DNA of 62,967 nt, counting the filler. It is 15 parts of 15 records of this genome, joined end to end, with 100 filler letters (N's around TTAATTAATTAA, not from the genome) between each part and the next. Parts side by side here need not be neighbours in the genome. Positions count along the whole stretch, not along the records: positions 11,690 to 17,793 come from SRR9670534_1402; positions 17,894 to 21,903 come from SRR9670534_1407; positions 22,004 to 25,917 come from SRR9670534_1410; positions 26,018 to 30,488 come from SRR9670534_1412; 11 more parts are not named here. One strand, written 5' to 3'. Both the position numbers and the translations under genes were made by a program. Shown here one piece after another: positions 12,597 to 26,074 of the stretch (its first letter is position 1; each line of letters starts with the position of its first letter). The notes below the pieces were generated by a model. That model was not told the DNA's origin. It worked only from the letters and a program-made list of their open reading frames with translations, and did no database searches.

Positions 12597-13540
12597 CGCT
12601 GTGGAAAAAACTTCAATTTACCTTTTTTCAAAAAATGAAGAATAACTGTTTTGCATTCGAAGATGCCTCCTAAATGGCCTAAAAATTCTAAAAATGTCAT
12701 TTTGAGCAATAATTTTGCACGTGTGGAATCACGTGATCATCGAGTTTGAAAATTTGCACGTGGTCATTGTGCACGTGTTGCACGTGACGTGCATCTTAGT
12801 TTCACAAAATTGCATTTCGAAAAGTTTAAGCATTGATAACTTCTAATTTTGCACGTCACAAGTCACGTGATCATTATGCACGTGCATCTTGGAGAGCAAG
12901 CTTTGGCCTTTCAAACAGGGTATTACTTACGCAGTTGCATCTTATTGTAAAAATTTTTTGGCCAAAAATGTACTGTTTTGTTGCCTAACCCTATTGTATT
13001 CAATGTGTGTATTTCCTATGGGGACAAATTTATCATTGTTTTCAATGAGGCTTCATTTCTCCATTGGTTTCTATGATAATTTTCTTCCCATTGAAAACCA
13101 TAGGATTTTCAAACAAGTTTATTAAGACACCACTACATTTATACTGTAACATGAAACTGCACAAATGATATCTTGATTGAAAGGCCTAACCTTGCTCTCC
13201 AAGATGCACGTGCACAATGATCACATGACTTGTCACGTGCAAAATTAGAAGTTAAAGATGCTTAAAAATGATGTTTTTCCGAACTTTGAAGCCATTTTTT
13301 AAAACTAGGATGCACGTGGAGATGACCAAATGACTGCTCACGTGCACATTTTAAAATATTACAGACATAACGATCACGTGACTTGTCGCGTGCAAAGTTA
13401 GAGGTTATCAATGCTTAAAAATTTATATTTTTCGTAATGTCATTTTGTGAAACTAAAATGCACGTCGAAATGATCATGCGACTGCTCACGTGCACATTTT
13501 AAAAGTTCTTGTGAAAAAATTGAAACTTATTCCACAGTGT
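12597..13540. mobile_element. Non-autonomous DNA element (MITE/fold-back) with outer TIRs and CACGTG-rich inner inverted arms
   Basis: Outer CTGTGGAAAAAACTTCAATTT (12599) vs AAATTGAAACTTATTCCACAG (13517). Inner inverted arms of about 90 bp at 12826-12914 and 13178-13265, plus further modular copies to about 13500. Confidence 0.7.
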
Positions 13541-14149
13541 AATTACTAAAAATTATAATCATGTCATTAGTAAATCTTTTGTCTTAGTAAACTTTTTGTT
13601 TCATTCTTGATATGAAAACTTTATGTTTCTAATGAATAAACTTGTCATAATTTATTAAAAATTATTAGTAATTAATTTTAATAATCAAATTTTTATGTCT
13701 GATACATCAGGTGACCTGTAGGTGAACTTTTAACAAAGGTCATTTCAGGTTGTACATACCTATGTGAAAATTTACCTGAAATCACCTGAAGCAAGGATTA
13801 CATGCAAAGTAAACCATGTAAACTTGCTACAACTTTTTCTATTCAATGGGGGCATCAGTGCACAACAATGCCTGCCTTATTAATAACATTAACTAGGGTT
13901 TCAGTCACCTACCTGGCAGGTAACATTGTTATTGAGGGTACATAATTGGTCAGGTAATAATTAATAACACCACTATGAAAACTTCAAATTTTCTACATGG
14001 CTTGAGGCTGCACGTGCTACGTTTCATCAAAAACACCCCTTACCCACTTTTACCTCAGAAAGGTTGTTTTTGTTGCCCTAAAAGCACAGGTAGTTTGAAC
14101 AACTAATTACAAAAACAACAAGTCGGCACAAGCCTAAAAAGAAGATTTG

Positions 14150-14850
14150 AAAAGTAAAAGTGGGTAATACCCTCGCTATATGGGTAACCCAGGAAGTGCC
14201 CAAAAGAGCGCATATTATATGCACCCCAAATGGCGATATTTATTTTGGGTGGTAAAATTTTGAATATAAGGAAAAGTGGGTAATACCCTCCCTCCCATCA
14301 TAAGTGGGTAATACCATTGATGTACAGGTAGCCCAGGAAGTAGGTAAGACCCTCCACTTATACAAGCAGCGCCCATCTAATTAAAGTTTCAAGAATGCCA
14401 AAATTTTATCATGAATATGCACCTCCAATGGCGCCATCTATTCATATGTGCATCCGATTACGGTAAAATTTTGAATCTTAGCCCTTAAGTAAAACATGGG
14501 CACTAATAATACCTATTTTGATCAAATACCCTCTAATCTCAAAAGGACCATTTAATCAAACTTCCCAAAATATTCAAATTTTACCTTAAATGGCACCATC
14601 TACGTTATATATGGTAAAAGGTTGAATCTTACCCTTGGAAATAAAGAGTGGGCACTATCAATACCCTCCTTTTGGTGAAATGTGTAAACAAATTGGGTAA
14701 TACCCTTTAATCCTACAGGCAATGCCCATCTAACATAAACATGCACCCAAATGGCGCCATCTATTCATACATGTTCCCAATTACGGTAAAATGTTGAATC
14801 TCAGCCCTGCAAGTAAAGATTGGGCACCGATAATACCCTCCTTTGCTGAA
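14150..14850. repeat. Degenerate tandem repeat with ATGGCGCCATCT and GTGGGTAATACCC modules
   Basis: Modules 'atgcacc..aatggcgccatcta', 'ggtaaaattttgaatct' and 'gtgggtaataccct' each recur about 3-5 times. Confidence 0.7.
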
Positions 14851-15721
14851 ATGTGTCATAATCCTGCCTCAAACAAATTGCAACACACACCTTTGACAAA
14901 AGGAACCCACACCCTTGCAGTAATGCAGAATGTAATTATCTGGGATAACAATATGGTGAAGACTGTAATTAAACCCTATGATTGCATGCCATACATACCC
15001 TCTGGGTATCTTTTAATACACCCCGATACACTTACAATGAAAACAATTACCTCAAGTAGTACTGGCAAAGGTAAGAACTTACCTGAATTAGCTCTCTCTT
15101 ACCTGAAATTTAAGTAGCAGCTAATATTGACATGTAGCACCACTCAAATTGAAAGATACCCATAATCACCTATTAATGGGTAAGGATGATACGGCGCCAC
15201 TATGCAAACTCATTTATTGATTGAAAAGTAGCTGAAGTGAGTCAGTAATGGAAAGAGTACTTTGTGAAATGCCCATATGTCTTGGGCTATTGATTTTAAT
15301 GAGGAATAGATGTTTTGCCCTTCTTATACCCCCTATAATTGAAAGCATACATTGCATAGAAGTGCCCCTTTAATAAATGCTGCTAATGATAACTAATTAG
15401 GTGATTTATGAAAACATGGGAAACATGGGATGAAAGAAGATTTCCGATTTAATACCCCAATTTACCTTCTGCATTTATTTACACACAAACTTTATCATAA
15501 TAATCATCTTATATACAAAATATATCGAAAATCATAAGAAATATTTCAAAGCTCTGATTATAGCTATTAAGCAAAAAAAGAAGCGCCGTTTGCAAATAAC
15601 ATGGTAAAACCCAATTAGTGCTTTGGTACAATTCTTGACATGGTAGTTATGAGTCATCATATCTATTATGCTATTCCGCCGTTTCATGGTATTTGCAAAT
15701 GGCGGACACTAATTAAACTCT

Positions 15722-16902
15722 TTAATAAATATTTTGATGGGTTGGTACAACATGATTGGTTGTGGTCGTCGTCATCAAGTGATTTGTTGGGTATTGAAAG
15801 TTCTGAAAAAATTGTTGCTGTTGTGGCATTTGTTGTGGTTGAGGCTCCATAAAGTCTTTGGGGCTATTACTACTATTGATTATGGGGTTGCATTCAGGGT
15901 TGTTATTATTGCCCCAAAAATTATCAGCAGGTAGCGGTGTCCAAATTTTTGCTTGCCTCACGGAACAATTCTTACCGTGCGGATTTCTGTCATCATCCCA
16001 GGACAATGCATGTTCCATCACAGTTTGAAAACCATTTTCATCCGCTAAAGAATACAACAGATTATCTCATTTACAAATACCCTTTTTACAAATACCCTTC
16101 TTTCCACTTTTCCCATTTAGATATACCCTTTTTTGAAAATACACTTTTTTACCACTTCCTATTTATAAATACCCTTTTTTCCCAATTCCTATGGATAAAT
16201 ACCCTTTCTTCCCACTTTTCAAATAGCCTTTTTGCCCAATTTTCACATTTACAAATAACCTTTTTCCCACTTTTCCAATTTTTAAATATCCTTTTACAAA
16301 TACCCTTTTGTCCCTTTTTTACCACTTTTCCCATTTATAAATACCCTTTTCCCTATTTTTAAATACCATTTTAAGACAAATACCCCTTTTCCCACTTTTC
16401 ACATTTTTAAATACCCTTTCTTCCAAGTTTTTACTTTTTCGCCTTTATATCCCACTTTTCCCATTTACAAGAACCCTTTTTCACAAACACCCTTTTTCAC
16501 ACTTTTCCCATTTTTAAATACCTTTTTACAAACACCCTTTTTCCCAGTTTTTACCCTTTTTGCCCACTTTTCCTATTTACAAATACCCTTTTTACCCCAC
16601 TTACTTTGTTGGGACACCAAAATGATCTTCCTCTCCTCCTCCATCATGGAACCAGATCCAGAACCTTCAGATTCTTGCTTCAAGATGTCACTGAGGAAAT
16701 TGATGTAATTGATGGCAGTCTTTAGGGTATCCACTTTGGAGAGTCTCTTCTCATAGGGCATGGCTGGGATGTGTTTTCTTAAACCCTCAAAAGCCCCATT
16801 AATTGATGACATTCGTTTTCTTTCTCTTTGGTTGGCAGCTTGTCTTTGTTTGATTCTCTTCAAGCCCGGATTTCTGGCGTACAAAAGTTTCTTGGATTCC
16901 AT
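15722..16902 (-). CDS. PTF1A: bHLH transcription factor Ptf1a/Fer1; exons 16902-16605 and 16044-15722
   Basis: b[55 protein letters not shown]. The second exon carries the RBPJ-binding C1 (HALSW) and C2 (AKIWTP) motifs. The phase-1 junction is in frame. Confidence 0.92.
16067..16600. repeat. Pyrimidine-rich minisatellite filling the Ptf1a intron
   Basis: Repeated 'aaataccctttt..cccacttttccca(ttt)' units. Confidence 0.85.
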
Positions 16903-16947
16903 AACAGTAGAAAGTAAAAATAAGCGCAATATCGATTACCTTTCCTG

Positions 16948-17006
16948 TATTTATAGAAAGTAAGATATTTTATTTGCAAAAGGGGCGGAGTTATGAATTG
17001 ACCAAT
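16948..17006 (-). promoter_or_regulatory. Candidate Ptf1a core promoter: TATA box, GC box, CCAAT box
   Basis: TATAAATA on the minus strand at 16948-16955 (about 45 nt upstream of the ATG), GGGGCGGAG at 16982-16990, CCAAT near 17002. Confidence 0.5.
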
Positions 17007-18380
17007 CAATAGCGAGAATGAAGGTCGCGTGAGGCTAAGGCCATATGAGTTTACCTGGTTGAGCTCATTTTATTTAATTATCTCGGTATGAAGGTGCTGA
17101 GTCGCTAAAAGACACAAACTGAGCGTAAGCTTAACAAAACCTATAATTAAGGGGGCATCTAGGTAGGTGCATCCCAGGGGATTAGTGGTGCTTTTGCGAA
17201 ACTTTGGATCGCTTGTAAAGTATATTCACAAGAATGTAGCCAATTACTGAACCTATAAAATATGATATACAATATGATATTTTTTTATATTTTTTTTATT
17301 TATTAATAATATGAATAATTTATATAAAAATTTTTAATTTAGCTTTTAATTTTTAAATAAAGAGCTTAATAAATTTTTTTAGTAAAAATTTTTTAACTTA
17401 GTAATTTTTATATTTTTTTTATTTATTAATAATGTATTTTTATTAATATATTTTATGAATAAATATTAATAATATGAATAATGTATGTTAGAATTATATG
17501 TAATTTAATAATACTCCTTGTGCAATCAAATATAATTATATTATAATTAATTATTTTAATTAAGTTATATTATAATGTTAATATTAATTTATTAATTATT
17601 AATTTTGTAATTGTTTTGATTATTAATTTGTTATCATAATAACATTTAAGTTATTTCATATTAATAATAATTATTTACTTATTAGTTGAAATAATTTTAA
17701 TTTAATTTGATTTAATATTTATATTAATTCATAAATTATAATTTAATAATTTTTAAATAAAGCTATTAAATTAATAATATTAATAAATTAATANNNNNNN
17801 NNNNNNNNNNNNNNNNNNNNNNNNNNNNNNNNNNNNNTTAATTAATTAANNNNNNNNNNNNNNNNNNNNNNNNNNNNNNNNNNNNNNNNNNNNATATTAT
17901 ATTGTACTATTGTTGTACTATTACTATATCCAATATAGTATATTGTAATTTAATAGTACTACACTATAATGATTAACTGTATTGTAATAGTAGTACCACA
18001 GTAATACATTGTACTAAGTACAATATAGTAATAATAATCCTACAATAGTACAAAATATGCAATATCTAGTGCATTATTAATAATACATGGTGAAATATAT
18101 TTTATTGTACTATACTGTATTACAATGTAATAACATGAAATATTATTATAAGGTATTATAACTCATACCATATACGGTATTACCGTACAGTACAATTACG
18201 TTATATTATAAGTATATTGTAAGTTTCAATTTGTAAAACATCATATAGTACTGTAGTACTGTATTGCAGTGTACCCTATTCTGTAATAGTATTATATGTG
18301 TTACAATACAATACAATTATGCAATGGCTTAATTCATCGTATTTAGTACGGTACATTGTACTGTATATAATACACGTAAT

Positions 18381-19447
18381 TCATTTGTATATGAGACAAT
18401 AATATATATTTATATATGTATAGTATTTACATAAATGAAATTTGTTACTGTTTGTAGCTGAACCAATTTGAACAGTTCTCATTCCACTTGTTACAGTATC
18501 ACCCATTTCATCCATTTTTGGTAAGACAAATACCTTTTGAGGTTGTTGCGGCTCTTCTTTAATAACATACTCACTAAATGTGACCACTTTATCTGTACTT
18601 GACTGAACTGGCATTGTTTGACTTTTTTGCAATTTAGGCATTTCACTATCACGATCATTTTCACCAAAACCTTATTATTAATAATATTGAATGACCATAT
18701 ATATCTTTTATATTTTTTTATTATTATTTGCATATTTTATTTTTATTTTATAATTTTCTAATTTATCCATTTAATTGATTTAATTATTCAAAATTTAATT
18801 TTGAAAATTAAATTTAATTGAAAATTAATTTTGAAAATAAAATAATTTCAAAAATTAATTAATTAATTTTGAAGATGAATTAACTAAATTTTTTTTTGCT
18901 TTTAAAAAATAATATTTTGCTTTTTTATTAATGATATATTTTGTTGAATAATGTATTGTATCTATAGCATAGTTTCTAAAAATAGCATCATACCAATGGT
19001 TGTATTAGGCCTAGAGGCCATGTCTCTCTCCACCTTCAAATACCTAATTACATCTCTTGCCTTTTGCACCACAGGACTTCCCAATTCTGGATTTGACATG
19101 ATCCTAGGCTTAAACCTCATTCTCTTATCCAAATAAAAAGGTATTTGATTGTCAGTGATATTTTCAGTTCTCCTTTGAATGGGGGGCAATTGGCCCCTTA
19201 CTTGACTATACTTCCTAATCTTCTTAGGAAAATGCTCCACATTTGCATGTAATTGTCTCAAGTCTGACCTGATCTTGAAGACTTCATACTCCAATTTACC
19301 AATAATTCTATCCTTTTCTCTATCCACAGCAACATACCTTCTTTGGAGGAGCTTTTCATGTTGGGAATTCCTTATTCCAAGAATTCTGTCCACTCCAGTG
19401 ATTCTTCCTCTGACATTTTGGTTATCTCTTCCTATTGGGATTGCCAT
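18381..19447 (-). CDS. Uncharacterised basic/coiled-coil protein; exons 19447-18994 and from 18670 to about 18430-18381
   Basis: Higher-GC ORF MAIPIGRD..RNSQHEKLLQRRYVAVDREKDRIIGKL; a phase-1 GT-AG junction joins it in frame to GFGENDRDSEMPKLQKSQTMP. Confidence 0.6.
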
Positions 19448-19741
19448 TTGGGGTGTAACTGTTGTAAGTGTTTACAACTTTCAGAAATCCTAGTAACATA
19501 AACTCTTTATATGACATGATGAGGTCACACCTGAGATCATCCATTGTAATGCATCAAAGTCTATTCAAACCCTTGACAGGTAAACAACAATAAAACCCCC
19601 CAAGTGGGGTTTTTGTTATATTATACAAAGTACCCAAAAAACATTTTTCCCAGTAATTCCCCTCAATCCAGGTAACCCACTTCAAATGTAATAATATAGC
19701 ATGATTATAAAATGTTTTCATTTTCTACAAATGTTGTAAAC

Positions 19742-20240
19742 ATTATGTAGATGGCGCCTTCTTGGGGACATTGACTTCTATATTTTCATGGCATGGGGTC
19801 ATCTACTTTTAATTTACCTAGAACAATATATTTATAATACAAACTTCAAATTACCATATTAAGGCGCCATCTGTTGAGGGTATTCTAGAAATAAGCCTAT
19901 GTAAACACTATGTAGATGGCGTCTTCGTGCGGGACATGAACTTTTATATTTTCATGGCATGGTGTTATCTACTTCTAATTTACATAAACATCATACCTAT
20001 AATACAAACTTCAAATTACCATACTAAGGCGCCATCTGTTGAGGGGATTCTAGAAATAAGCCCTTGTATACGTCATGTAGATGGCGCCTTCTTGGGAACG
20101 TGGACTTTCATATTTTCATAGCACGGCGTCATCTACTTCTAATTTACATTGAGAAACCTAGACATCATATGCATTATACAAACGTCAAATTGGCATATAT
20201 GGCGCCATCTTTTGAGGGAATTTTAGAAATAAGCCCTTTG
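19742..20240. repeat. Three tandem units of about 165 bp bracketed by TAGATGGCGCC ... GGCGCCATCT
   Basis: Units start near 19746, 19911 and 20076 and end in 'ctagaaataagcc'. Confidence 0.9.
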
Positions 20241-20418
20241 GGTAAAGTGAAAAACCTTAATTGATTTTTAATCATGGGAAAAACTGTGCTCTTTTGTGAG
20301 AATTGGGGCTTAATCGCATGTATGGTAATAAACATTTATTATTATTATGAATTGCTGGAAGGTAGATTTGTCAACTTAATTGAAATAAATAATAATTTTA
20401 TATTGTTTGCCTGCCTAG

Positions 20419-21801
<1,383 letters not shown>

Positions 21802-22303
21802 GTATGCTTTGTTTATTAATTTAATAATTTAACAGTGATTTAACATTAATATTTTAATAATTTTAGTAATCTTAATAATTTTAAATAATTTTAATAATTT
21901 TAANNNNNNNNNNNNNNNNNNNNNNNNNNNNNNNNNNNNNNNNNNNNTTAATTAATTAANNNNNNNNNNNNNNNNNNNNNNNNNNNNNNNNNNNNNNNNN
22001 NNNTTTAAAATTGAATTTAAGGATAATTTAAAACTTTTTAAAATTGATTAAAATTTGAATTTAAATATAATTTAAAAATGAGTTTAAAAATAATTTAAAA
22101 TTTATTTTAAAGACAATTTAAAATTGAATTTAAAGATAATTTAAAACTTTTAAAAATTGAAATTAAAATAATTTAAAATTTAATTTTAGACCAATTTAAA
22201 ATTCAATTTTTAAAATTATTTTAGCATTAAATATAAAGATAATTAAAAACTTTTTTAATTTATTTAAAATTTGAATTTATTAATTGAAAATTGAATTTTA
22301 TAG

Positions 22304-24601
22304 CCTATATGTGTTTCGAAATGTGCCAAAATACAGGATTTTGGTATGTGGGGGTGATGGCACGGTGGGTTGGGTTTTATCCTGTTTGGACAATGTAGCT
22401 CAAGATTCCAAATGTCAAGAGCCCCCTATTGGCATAATACCATTAGGAACTGGGAATGATTTGGCACGTGTTCTTGATTGGGGTGCAGGGTATACTGGAG
22501 AAGATCCACTTGTGCTACTAAAAGAGGTCGCCATAGCTGAAGAAATCAAATTAGACAGGTAAAATAAATTAAAATTTCGATTTAAATATTCTTAAAAGTT
22601 AAAAGTTCAAAATTTTTTAAAAATTTAAAAAGTAAACTTGGGTAAAAAATTGAAAATTAAAGTTAGTGAAATTAAAAAATTAATAAAATTTGAAAATTTA
22701 AATATTGAAAGACTGAAATATAAAAATTTAAAAATTAATTAAATTAAACACATTAAAATTTAAAATTACAATATATTAAAAATTTAAAATTTCAAAAATG
22801 AAATTAAAATTAACTTAAATTCAAATTTAAAACTTTAAAATTAAAATGAAAGATCTTAAAATTAAATTAAAATTTGTTCAAAAATTTGAAAATTTTAAAA
22901 TTGACATTTAATAAAATTAAAAAATTAAGATTAGAATTTCAAATTTAAATTTTTCAAAAAATTTAAATATTCAGATGGGCCACAGTTTTTCGCCACGATG
23001 ACACCAACAAGGATGCCGAATTTCGTAAAAACGTAGCCCAAATGACGGAAACATCACAAACCAATGAGGATACTTCCACCATCTTCGTCATGAACAATTA
23101 CTTTGGCGTTGGCCTGGATGCAGAGCTCTGCCTGCAGTTTCACCTACAGCGCGAGAAAAACCCAGCCAAGTTCAATAGTCGGCTGCACAACAAAGGGGTG
23201 TATTTTTACGTGGGACTGAAAAAGTTCCTGGACAGGAAGAACAAGGATTCTCTGAAGTATGTCCATCTAGAAGTCGATGGAAAAACTGTGGACCTGAAGG
23301 ATTTTCAAGGAATTGCAATTATGAACATCTTAAGGTTGTGAAATGACTATTTTTAGTCGTGGCCATTTCATAACGCACGCGATTCCTTAACTTCTCTATG
23401 ACAAGGCGTTTCTTATGACTTGGCCAGGACTTTTTTGTCGTGGCTATTTCATAACGCACGCGATTCCTTTAATTCTCTATGGGCAGGCGTTCCTTATGAA
23501 TTGGCCACGCCTTTTTTATCGTGGCCATTTCATAACGCACGCCACTCCTTAACCTCTCTATGAGTAGGCGTATCTTATGAATTGGCCACGCCTTTTTCTT
23601 TGTTAATTAGGTAATTGTTATGTGGGTTTTATTGTTAATTAGGGTTTTTGATTGATTTTTAGTTGGGCAAGTGGAAAGGACGCGTGGGGAAGCGAGAAAG
23701 ATGACAGGTTTTCACCCCCAACTCATTATGATGGAAAATTGGAAGTTGTTGGATTGACGGGAACTACACATATGGCTCAAATTCAAACTGGGCTTAGGAG
23801 TGGTATTAGGGTTGCACAGGGTGGACATGTGAGTTTTAAAAAATTTTTAAAACTTTAAAATGATTTAAATTTCAATATTCTTACATTATAACTTAATTTT
23901 TATATCACAATTTAACTTTTTATATTATCTATGGAACATTTTTTAAAAAAATTAGATTTAGATTTAAATTTTTTTAAATTTTTTAATTTTTTTAAAATTA
24001 TTTAAATTTCAATTGTGATGTTATAACTTCATTCAATTCGTTATTGTTTTCATATTTTATGAAATTTAAGAACTTTTTAACAAACTTTTAAAAGTTAAAT
24101 TTGAATTTTAAAAATTTTTAAAATTTTTGAATTTTAATTAAAATAACTTTTTTGTCATTGTTTTAGATAAGAATTAGACTAGATCAAGACACACCTGTAC
24201 AAATAGATGGAGAACCTTGGGTACAGCCTGCGGGTGAATGCACCATCACCAGATCTGCACTTAAGGTGAAAATTTAAATTTTTAAAATTTTTTAAATTTG
24301 ATTTAAATCTTATTTAAATTAGCTTCAATCGATCTCAATTTAACTAATTTTTTTAATTTAGATATATTTTTAAATTTGAATTTAAATATTCTAAAATTGA
24401 TGTGAATTTTGATTAATTAAAATCAAATTTAAATTTTTTAAAAATTTAAATACTTTCAAAATTTAGGCAACAATGTTAAAGAAGTGTAAATCAAAAGTGA
24501 AAAGACGAAATACAGAACCATCCTTGACAGCAGGTGACCCCAAGGTCCCCGAGGACCTGGCTACTGGGGGCGGAAGTGATTTTTCATCATCTCAAGACTA
24601 A
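22304..24601 (+). CDS. DGKQ: Diacylglycerol kinase theta-like, 3' part; exons 22304-22558, 22975-23334, 23663-23828, 24167-24265, 24467-24601
   Basis: [66 protein letters not shown]-terminal ATMLKK..KRRNTEP as in invertebrate DGK-theta. Confidence 0.88.
23356..23598. repeat. Three tandem hairpin units of about 81 bp (DGK intron)
   Basis: GTCGTGGCCATTTCATAACGCACGC...GGCGTTTCTTATGAATTGGCCACG(A/C)C-T6. Confidence 0.9.
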
Positions 24602-24629
24602 AAATTTGCATAATTTTGCTTTCCCTGTA

Positions 24630-24790
24630 GTCGTGGTCATTTCATAACGCACGCTGCTCCTTAACTTCTATATGCGAAGGTGTTTCTTATGAATTGGCCA
24701 CGACTTTTTCTCTTGGCCATTTCATAACGGACGCGACTCCTTAACTTTCCTATGAGAAGGTGTTTCTTATGAATTGGCCACGCCTTTTTC
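24630..24790. repeat. Two more copies of the 81-bp hairpin unit (DGK 3' UTR)
   Basis: Same consensus as 23356-23598. Confidence 0.88.
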
Positions 24791-26074
24791 TTTAGTTTTT
24801 CTCTTTCCTATTGGCTTTTTATTATTAATAAATCATGATTATTATTAATAAATAGGTTGTTTCTGCTTCTTTCTTCTCTCCTAATTAATAATCATATTTT
24901 TATTAATAATTAGTAACAAACATTAATTAATAATTGAAAGACATAGTCAAAATGATGTAATGTTTTTGTTGTCTTGTAATAGTAATGCAAATGTAATGTA
25001 GTAATGCTTTATGTTTTTTATGGAGATTTATGAATTAGCATTTATATTAATAATTATTTGTAAATGATCATTGTTTGTGGCATTATTATTATTAATAAGA
25101 ATTATTATTAATAATAAATCTTTAGCTTTTTTTCAAATGTAGAGGGACATCTTTTTTCAAAATTGCATATAGTTGTGTTTTTGACTTTTTTATGTTAATT
25201 AGTTACATGAGCAGCTGAATTTATTACAATTAATAAAATGTTATTAAAAATTTATTAAAATTTTACTAAATTCATTAAAACTTTTAAAATTTTTTTGAAA
25301 TTTATAAAATTTTATTAAAATCACTAAAATTAACAAAATAATTATGTTTTAAAATTGCATATTAGCTTTGAAATAGTTAAAATTAAATTTTTTTAATTGA
25401 AATTTATATATTATTTATTATTAAAAATTAAATTTACGTAAATTAAAATTTTAATAAAAATTAAACTTAGTAATTAAAATAGTAATAAATTGACTTACAT
25501 TTCTTAAAAAGTATTAAACTATTTAAAAAATTAAACTTGTTTTAAATTTCATTGAAATTTGTACATTTTTTAAAACTAAAATTTAATTTGGACTCAAATT
25601 AATTTAAATTTTAATAATTTTGAAGAAAGTTTTAAATTCAAATAATTTAAATTTAATAATATTAAAATAATTTAAAATTTAATAAATTTTTGAAACTAAA
25701 ACCAATTGCAATTTCAAGAAATGCTTAATTACATTGTTCATATGGTGACATCTTTTTTTGCCATATCCCTTATTTTTGCCACCAAATCAAGAGTGCTGCT
25801 CTTTTATGACTCAATAATAATAATTAATAAAATATTTAAATGCTGGGATATATTCTGCTGGGAATGCACCACATTGTGTATATATGCATATATATATTTA
25901 TTATTATCATTATTGATNNNNNNNNNNNNNNNNNNNNNNNNNNNNNNNNNNNNNNNNNNNNTTAATTAATTAANNNNNNNNNNNNNNNNNNNNNNNNNNN
26001 NNNNNNNNNNNNNNNNNCAGGAATTCTGCCAAGAAACGGATCGTAATAGTAATGATCAAGTTAATACGTTGTAG

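Noticed and set aside
15937-16362. 141-aa F/P-rich ORF and its antisense K-rich ORF
   Set aside because: Translation of the intronic minisatellite.
23356-23598. Palindromic repeats as a CRISPR array
   Set aside because: Whole units repeat with no unique spacers, there are no cas genes, and the context is a eukaryotic intron.
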